Below are positions 37,645-46,171 of a stretch of 64,000 bases of DNA, piece by piece. The notes under the pieces were generated by a model that worked only from the letters and a program-made list of their open reading frames with translations, ran no database searches and was not told the origin of the DNA. Source of the DNA: Podarcis cretensis (lineage: Eukaryota); the NCBI GenBank assembly GCA_951804945.1, contig OX638149.1, positions 88,412,001-88,476,000 on the forward strand, read 5' to 3'. Numbering within the stretch: the first letter of the stretch is position 1; every line of letters begins with the position of its first letter. Both the position numbers and the translations under genes were made by a program.

Positions 37645-40600
37645 TAACCCTGTTCTAAAATAGGTGCTAAAAATAGAAGGACCATAAGGGAGTACAGGTC
37701 TCCTTGTTTACTGTCCAGAACTATGGAGAGGACTTGCCATTAACAGTGTCACTATTTTTAGACATGCCTTATTGATGGTATTGGCATATGTGAAAAGAGT
37801 GGACTTGAATCAACATTGACTTGGCGGCTGTTGACCACAGAGGGTTCCTTAAGCCCCCCAGCTGTGGCCAAACTGAATGTTGGAGTCTCCCACTGCCTCA
37901 TTGTAATTGGCTAATGTTCAGTAGTGATTGACCTTGAACTGCAAACATCAAACATGCCTATTCTAAAGGGCCTTTAAATTATAATAAGTCCAACTCCTTA
38001 CTCACCCAGTAGTTGGATTTGGAGCTAGTATTGGCAACAAAGGCTTCAGCTCCAGGTACACCAAGGCTCTTGTCTTTGCCTGTTTTCACAAATGTGATAT
38101 CCTGCAATGGTTTACTAACTGTAATCCTGTCCAGAGTTCACGTGACTTATGTTTTGGGTCTTATCATCTTTGATTCGAGCCAAATTTGGTTTTGTTGGGG
38201 TGAGAAGTCTCTCATGCTCAACTGGCTTTCCCTTCCTAACCTTATGGCTTTGTGTATGTGCATTCACCCACACACCATTCAAGAACAGCTCTACTCTCCA
38301 TTTGGGAGGGTAATACCAATGTACCTACCTATTTTTAGGCTACACAGTCCCTGTCATCTCCCTCAGCAAAATGCAGCCTTGTCTTCATGGGTATTTCTGC
38401 TCAGAGGAGGAATCTGTAGTAATATGGAGTACATGTGGCCACTATGCAAACATTTTGAACAGACTTTCCTCCACTTGTATTTCTATTTTGTCACATATTT
38501 ATGGCCTTCCTCCCCCCACAACAAATTTTACCCTAGGCTGTGTGAAAGTTCCCAAGCTGCTTAAATTCCTTATATGTCTGCAAAATGTCCCCCCACCCCT
38601 CCCCAAGTGAAGCTTTGCCAGACTTCATAATTTTCTTTTTCTGCTTAGCCATAGTAACATTGTAGATGTGTGACAACTTTACAGAGCACAGTGGCCAAAA
38701 TGACCTTACAATAGAAGTGTGACTGATTTTAAACCAGTTCATGCTAGAGGCTAAAGGATGTCATTACTTATTTGCATGCATGCACATATACCAGTTTGAG
38801 CAGTTCTGCCTATTAAAAGGATTGATGTGAGATTGATTTACCTCCCTGCACTGTGGTGAGGTGGAATTTGTGGTGATGTGATGCAAAACAGGAGTATTAA
38901 AAGCAATTTGAGTAAACCAATCTATGATTCTCTTTCGTGGATAAAGAACATAGCTGCTGTGCTGCATGTGATGAGACCATTCAACATTAGAAACCATCTA
39001 AAAAGAGGCAGGGAGGTAATAATCTATGACCCATGTAGTTTAGCTAAAATGAGGAACCTTTTGATTATAAATGAAAAACAATCGGGTTCTAATCTGGACA
39101 TCTTTCTGTTGGATTCACATTTTCTTTTTCTTTTCTTTTCTTTTGTAAACTATTCTTCTAAGGAGAAAGGCTGCTTCATTTTGCACCACTTGAAACTTCT
39201 GAACAATAATGAATGGTAGCCTACATAGAATATAAAACATGGGTAACACAGTATCTAGATCCTGATTGGCTTTTCTGGACAAGGTTATAATACCGACATA
39301 GGTCCAAGTCCAGGAATACCTAAAAGCTATACATCTTAGGGACTTGGGTCATAAAAACTGACCCAAAGGGGCTAATTGGTGAGCAAAGTGCATATAGCTC
39401 CTGTAAGTGTGCATTAGGTAAAAAAGAAAAAAAAAAGAAGGTAAGAGCTGGATGACAGGCTACTTTATTAGAGTACACAAACTGATCATTTGAGCTTGGA
39501 TGGATTATTTCAGATTACCTGTTAAAGTGAGCAGTCTTCCTGATTTGCTTGAACCAAACGTGCAGATATACAATGTCTGACTTTGCCCTATTGAGCAGCC
39601 ATCTTGATCTGAAGGGAGGTTATACAATGATGAACACTCATCCTGATGTGTGGAGGTTATATATATTTCCATCTATATATATTTCCATTTTTATACCACA
39701 CATTTTCATGCAGTTCCCAAATTGCAAAGAGTCTGGTTTTTAAAAGTGGATTTTGTTGCAGCAAAGCACTTATTCCACTTGAATTGTATAGACTTATTTT
39801 TCTGATATGCAACTGAATCCCTTCGAAATGTGTAATGGGAGGGTGCCATGCGAGAGGTATGGCAGAAGAGAGAGATGAACGTGCTCAAAACTGGAACAGG
39901 AGCCAAACATTAGACAAGTAGGAAGGGATGAGGCTGGGAAATAAAGGGACAAGAGGAGCAAAGGAGTGAGGGTACCATGTTGTGGGACTGAAGGTGAACA
40001 AAATACTGTTTGCCCCATTTGCTCTCTAGGACTGTTGAGATCCTTAAAAAATATCCATCATTATTAATAAGTGTTTGATTATAGGGCATACACAGCGTAC
40101 TCATGGAGGAAACAGCTGCTGCTTTTTTTTTCCATTCTGACATTCTTGGTGAATGGCTGTGCCTTCTTTGAGTAGGTCTCAAGGCTTCTGGATCTGTGCT
40201 GTTGATCACATCCTCTGCTTGACACTTTCCCCTTCTACTGTTTTGCTGTCTCCTGATAGTTCTGCCTTCCTTTTTACCAACTGCTCTCGATCCTTTGAGG
40301 ACTCTCGCCCTCATTTCATAAACCCACCCCATTTTCTTCCATCATGTCCACATCCAGCAATTTCTTTTATAAAATCTCTGAAGTGCAGGATCCGTTTCTT
40401 CCTGAACCTTCCTAGTCTTTCCCATGCTTTCGCCTATTTGTCTGTGATATACTGTCCCACCCTGGGTTAAAACTAATACCTCAAGTATCTTCTCTCTCCA
40501 CCCCCCCCCCCAATGTATGAAAGAACAATTCCCCCTTTCCATGTTTTGCTGTTGTAACATTGGCAAGAAGAGCAAGTGCTGTTTCACACCTGGGTGTTGC

Positions 40601-40608
40601 TATAAATA
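40601..40608 (+). promoter_or_regulatory. Candidate TATA box of the olfactomedin-like gene
   Basis: TATAAATA ~350 nt upstream of the putative signal-peptide exon; no CpG island, consistent with a tissue-specific secreted gene. Confidence 0.4.
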
Positions 40609-40791
40609 GAAGTGGAACCACCTGCCTCAAGGAGAACACTCAATGGCACTAACAGTACGTCCTAACCCAGCCTGCATGGAGAACCTCATTGTAACCATTA
40701 ACTCAGATCAAACAGACTTGGGAATCGTTAGAGATCTGGCAGTGCTGTTTACGGCATACGTAGCTTACTGCGCGCGCACACATATATATGT

Positions 40792-40875
40792 GGTTGTTTG
40801 TTGTTGTTTAGTCGTGTCTGACTCTTCGTGACCCCATGGACCAGAGCACGCCAGGCACTCCTGTCTTCCACTGCC
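40792..40875 (-). mobile_element. 3' end fragment of an RTE/BovB-like LINE
   Basis: (TTG)n tail plus AGTCGTGTCTGACTCTTCGTGACCCCATGGAC, typical of the BovB-family 3' terminus. Confidence 0.6.
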
Positions 40876-40952
40876 TAAACTCGACACAAGTATTTCCAAG
40901 GTGGGAAGAGTGAGTGTGTACATTGATGTTTGGGTGATGGGCACCATTTTGA

Positions 40953-41009
40953 ATGAAAATAGTGAACCAAGACATTATTTTGGTGTTACTTTGCCCATTT
41001 TTGGCACAG
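40953..41009 (+). CDS. OLFM4-like putative exon 1 (signal peptide MKIVNQDIILVLLCPFLAQ)
   Basis: Hydrophobic N-terminal stretch. A phase-0 GT donor (weak, GTTCAG) joins to VAA-DQ in exon 2, giving a plausible signal-peptidase site. Confidence 0.5.
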
Positions 41010-42176
41010 GTTCAGTCATCTGTCGAGATCATAACGAAACATTGCACAAGGGTTCCCAAGATGGGGGCAGCAATCTTTGGCAATGTTTGGATGCTGGATG
41101 CCAAGCCTGTGCAGAGCTTGTCTGAGACCCATGGCAGAAGTCCCCTGCTGACTGGGAGGAATGGGGTACGTATTATTGGCATGACAGTCCAGCAAACCCC
41201 TGCCCCGTCCCCCAGCTGGCTTAGCCCTCTGAGGCCCGGGGCAGGTATGCCTGGCTCCCCCCACTCTACAAAGGCTTCCTGGTCACTATCTTGAATCATG
41301 ATGGCAGACCAAAACATGACTTTGGCATGACTTCACCCAATTTTTGGTGTGACATGTCTAAACTCACAAATTACACTATCTGTTTAAAAATAACAACAAC
41401 AACAGGTTCCTAAAAATTCCCAGGCAGTGCCAGGCACCCCCTGCTAATAAAAGTGGGGGAACCATCTTAGTGATATTTTATATTAAATCCTGATGGGATT
41501 CTGATGCTGATGTGCTGGGGATGCTGTGAAAATTATTCCGTGCATGAATGGGGAACTCTTACCTGTGATTCCTGCATAGCAGGGGTGGAATAAATGAGCT
41601 TTGGAATCCCTTCCAAGTCTACAATTCTACGATCCCACAATAAACACCCATCTGGAAGCACCCCAAAAGCCCAAGACGTACGAGAAAACAAATGATTATT
41701 TCCCTTTGGCTTTGACACATCAAACAGGGTTTTAAATGCAATAATTCCTACTTGGAAATAATTTATACAGTGGTATAAAGAGGCATGACATGGGTCTGGA
41801 GATTCTTGCATTTCATTCAATATTGTGAAACAATGTTTTTGTTCAGGAATCACATGAGACGCAACCAGAACTTAGTACTACAGTGAGTTACTTAAGCTGC
41901 ATATATACCTTTAAAGCATATTCTGCTTCTGGGCACTGTCCTTTACTCCTTGCAGAGTTACGATTCCCAGCAACCCTTAAAAAACTGCAGTATCTAGAAT
42001 TCTTTGACGGAAAGAATGTGCTTTGAATATAAAAGTGTAGTGGATATACTCCAGTGGGAAGGGAAGGGCAGGAGAGTAGAGTGTGAAGGGATCGTGGTTT
42101 AGCACCAGCAAGAGTAGATCGAAAGGAGTGGATTGAGGCTGTAGGAGAGCAATCAGCTCATAGGCCAAACAAACTA

Positions 42177-42401
42177 CAGTGGTACCTCAGGTTAAGTATT
42201 TAATTCGTTCCGGAGGGCCATTCTTAACCTGAAACACCACTTTAGCTAAGGGAGCCTCCCGCTGCCGCCGCGCCGCTGGAGCAAGGTTTCTGTTCTCATC
42301 CTGAAGCAAAGTTCTTAACCTGAAGCACTATTTCTGGGTTAACGGAGTCTGTAACCTGAAGTGTATGTAACCTGAAGCGTATGTAACCCAAGGTACCATT
42401 G
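42177..42401. mobile_element. Same MITE family, opposite orientation, in OLFM4-like intron 1
   Basis: TA|CAGTGGTACCTCAGGTTAAG ... TAACCCAAGGTACCATTG|TA; internal sequence is the reverse complement of the 1070-1295 copy. Confidence 0.8.
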
Positions 42402-42653
42402 TAGAAGCTTTATTCTTTCAAATGGTAACTACCTAGACTCAGTACAATCTGTTGGAAGAGACTTTGCCCAAAAAACACAATGTAGAAGGCTCAGTCTAGA
42501 GCTGAATGGGGAGCATTTGCTGGCTAAAGGATGTGGTGGGGAGGTTGCTGTTCTCAGGAAACTATCCTGACCTTAGTTGACTATCAGGTTATGAGAAAGG
42601 GCTAAATCAAGCGATGAAGCATCCCATTTGCCTTTCTGCATCCATCATCCCAG

Positions 42654-42827
42654 GTTGCTGCAGATCAGATCATCTTCCACAATGGACCAATAGCAAGTGA
42701 TGACGAAAACAATAAATGTATCTGCAGCATAGAGCTCCCCGACACTACTTTTCCTTCACATCTGATATTTATCCTGGAAAACGCTTATAAGAACCTGAGT
42801 ACTATTTATGAAGAAGAAGCGAGCAAG
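42654..42827 (+). CDS. OLFM4-like exon 2 (CxC multimerisation region); absent from the ORF track
   Basis: cag|GTT...AAG|gtaagg, 58 open codons: VAADQIIFHNGPIASDDENNKCICSIELPDTTFPSHLIFILENAYKNLSTIYEEEASK. Resembles OLFM4 CQCSVSLPDTTFP...FEKELSK. Confidence 0.85.
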
Positions 42828-43440
42828 GTAAGGGGGCACACTTCGGCACATAGACAGCATACCAAATATTTATTCCCTGCCTTGAATCACTAATGCTGTC
42901 TAGTTCTGACTGTTTCCAGCAGCTGAACAATATAACACAACACAATCAGTGACTACAGTATCTATCATATGAGCACTGATCCAGAGCATATTTTCTACAG
43001 CGTTTATATTTGCTTACATGTAAGATTGGCTTGTTAAGAAATTGAACTGCATCCCTCTCATATTATTTCTTACAAGTCTGGCTGATGAAGAATTGATCAA
43101 GATTGGCTGATGAAGCATTGAACGAAACAGATTGGTTATCCGGAAACTCTGTTCTGGAGATATTTGGTGACTTTTGAATTATTCTACCGCGGCTGGTGAA
43201 GAAGATTTAGAGACTTTGGTTGTAATTTCTGATCATTTGTATTAGTCTATAAATAGTGTTTAGTGCCATTGTTATTGGCCATCATGCTGTGTTATATTGT
43301 TCAGCTTGTCTATATTGCAACACAGGGGTCTGTTTACGGATTACTGTTCCCAGCAGCTGGCAACACTACACAGGGGAATGGTACTGGTGGGGTGTGTGTG
43401 TGTGTGACAGAATGTGGCTCACAGATCTTTCAAGGCATGT

Positions 43441-43441
<1 letters not shown>

Positions 43442-43471
<30 letters not shown>

Positions 43472-43731
43472 AAGAAGAGGAGGAGGAGGAGGAGTTTGGA
43501 TTTGATATCCCGCCTTTCACTCCCTTTAAGGAGTCTCAAAGCGGCTAACATTCTCCTTTCCCTTCCTCCCCCACAACAAACACTCTGTGAGGTGAGTGGG
43601 GCTGAGAGACTTCAAAGAAGTGTGACTAGCCCAAGGTCACCCAGCAGCTGCATGTGGAGGAGCGGAGATGTGAACCCGGTTCCCCAGATTACGAGACTAC
43701 CGCTCTTAACTACTACACCACACTGGCTCTC
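43442..43731 (-). mobile_element. tRNA-derived SINE (Squam3-like) with (CTC)n(TTC)n tail, in OLFM4-like intron 2
   Basis: Head GAGAGCCAGTGTGGTGTAGTAGTTAAGAG on -; near-identical to the copy at 54200-54436. Confidence 0.8.
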
Positions 43732-44044
43732 TTAACCCTTCCTCCAAAGCACTGTTACTGGATAGCCCTGGTAAAATAGTCCACCACCACCCACTATAAA
43801 CTAAATTTGTCAGTCACAGAAGTGCTCCGAGTTCTCCCATCTCCACACCCCAATGTTTGTGAAAGTGCAAAGTTGAAGTCTACTCATTGTCTGGATACAC
43901 CTTCAAAACTGAGTGATAAAAGAATGGTTGTTCCAGAGAAAAGGACAAGCATGGAAGCAACAATTGTAATGAAATGGTTGTTCATGATTTGTGGAAAGAT
44001 GTTTTCAGTATCCTGCTAAGTGTGTGTCCTGCAAATTTCTCTAG

Positions 44045-44254
44045 GCTATGAAACTCCAGACAGACTTGGCATCATTTAATGGTACCTTGGAGAAATTAAC
44101 TGCAACAGTGTGTCAGGTTGAGATGGAAGGTATCAAGGATGAAGAAACTTATCAAGACCTCCTAGAAAAAATTAATCATACGAAGCGATGGGCTCGGGAT
44201 CTGACTAATGCTCTAAGTGCAACTGATGCGGGCATTACATCTTTAACCGAACAG
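44045..44254 (+). CDS. OLFM4-like exon 3 (coiled coil)
   Basis: tag|GCT...CAG|gtaggt, 70 open codons, phase 0/0, heptad-like sequence. Confidence 0.8.
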
Positions 44255-45812
44255 GTAGGTACAAAATGTCTGGGAGCACAGCAGTTTGAATTGTGCTTGC
44301 ACATTGTACTGAATACACCAAGAGTGGTGCTCCTGTTTGAGAGGATTCAAACCTGCTTTAGAAAGGGCATTTGCGGGACTGTTTGGGGCTCTTCAAGGAA
44401 ACTTTAAAAATATTTCTGTGCAATGCTGAGTCCTCCATGGCAAGAGAGCTGCTTCAGGGAGCAGGAAAACATGGGATGAGAATTTTGCCTATTTTAATGC
44501 TTACCACTAGCATAAAGTCTCAAAAGAGGTTATTCCTTCCTTACCTCTCCTCGTTATTTTTTTAAAAAAACCAGACACTTTCAACATTCCATGGCTCATG
44601 GACCTAATTAAGAATGTTGTGAGCAAAGGCAAAAACCTCTGCTCCAAGGCATGTAAGATGGAGCCAAGCATCATTTTCATCAGGGATTTGGGGACTGGTA
44701 GTCCTACTAACTTAGTAGCACTAAGCCCATCCCTGAGCCAAAGGATGCACTGCCAAGGCTCTTTGAGAACCTGCTGCCACAACCACTATCCTCTTTCCTG
44801 GCCTCAAAGGTGATTTCTTAGCAATTGAGGACAGGGATGTGAGGAGGGAGGCTGTGCAGAACACAAGTGCCTTCAAGCCTTTTGCAAGTGCTTGCACTGA
44901 CTTCTTGCAGAAAGCTTAAGCTCACAAAAGTGCAATCCTTTGGAATTCAAACAGTGAGATATTCATGCATCCCTAGACGTAATGACTAGATGCACCTAAG
45001 TTCTGTTCAAATGTTCTTCAAAAGTGGGTGAGAATAGCACATGGAGGGGAGGGGAGGGGAGTTGGGGCCATGCACTCACATCTCCATCCACAGCATCCCC
45101 ACTGCCCCTCCTCTGACATACACACATTGAACGAGGAGGTCTGGGAAGGGGACCTCAGTGGCTGAGCATATCATAGATCCCCCCTGCAATTGGAAAACCA
45201 GTACTAGCAGGTTTCCTGATCTCAAGGAGGATTCTAAGGGCATTCCCTTAGGCAACATCCACACCATACATTTGAAGCACATGGCTTCCCCCAGAGAATC
45301 CTAGGAAATGTGTTTTGTGAAAGGTGCTGGGAACTGTAGCTCTGGGAGGTGTAAACTACAGTTCCCAGGACACTAACTGCCCAATTTCTGGTTGAAGCCT
45401 TGATGGGCTGAGATATAATGGCTCAGGCAGGCCTTAAGATATCCTGGACCCAAGTTGTTCAGGGTTTTGAATTTTTCTGAAAACTGCAGGTTCTTTTCAC
45501 ACATAGTACATCTTTATTGTAAGATGCTTAGCTGGGGGGTAGGATTTGAGAAATAAAGGCATACCCCCTTAGCACTTCTGAGATATTTCCCAGCCATTCA
45601 GAAGTCTTGGAGAAGATTCAGCTATTAAGAACAATCAGTCAATGTCTCTGGGTCATAGAATTATAGAGTTGGAAGGGACCGCAAAAGTCATTTAGTCCAA
45701 CTTCCTGCAATGCAGGATCTTTTTGCCCAATGTGGGGCTTGAACTCATGTCCCAGAGATTAAGAGTCTCATGCTCAATCCATACAATAACAAGAGAAGTA
45801 ATTGGTTACATC

Positions 45813-45817
<5 letters not shown>

Positions 45818-45862
<45 letters not shown>

Positions 45863-45863
45863 T
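45818..45863 (+). repeat. Compound (CT)n(GT)n microsatellite
   Basis: Direct observation. Confidence 0.9.
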
Positions 45864-45999
45864 TTGTGCATGCTTTAGCCTCTCTCATTCAATCACTCAT
45901 GAAGCTGTCAAACACATCTACTACCACAACACACAGGGAGACGCTGCAGTAGAAAATTGCTTGGGGCTGTTCAATTAAACATGTGCTAATATGTTTCAG

Positions 46000-46171
46000 G
46001 TCTCCAATGTCTCCAGTATTGTGTGGGAACTAGAAAAGTTTGACGAGAACAATGTGTTGTTGACACATAGGGAAATAGCCACGCTCAAGAAACAACTGGC
46101 TGATTGCGAAGACTCTGTTACAAATCCCAATTCTGGCCTCTCTCCCTCTGGAAAAGGGACTCCAGAGTTTG
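46000..46171 (+). CDS. OLFM4-like exon 4 (end of coiled coil and linker)
   Basis: cag|GTC...TTTG|gtgagt; resembles OLFM4 LDKNNVLAIRREIVALKTKLKECE; phase 1 matches exon 5. Confidence 0.85.

Noticed and set aside
38013-38564. 183-aa intergenic ORF between RNF25 and the OLFM4-like gene
   Set aside because: Non-ATG start, no motif and no exon structure; probably a chance ORF.
43256-43735. ORFs with poly-Lys/Arg/Phe tracts
   Set aside because: Translations of a SINE's trinucleotide tail.
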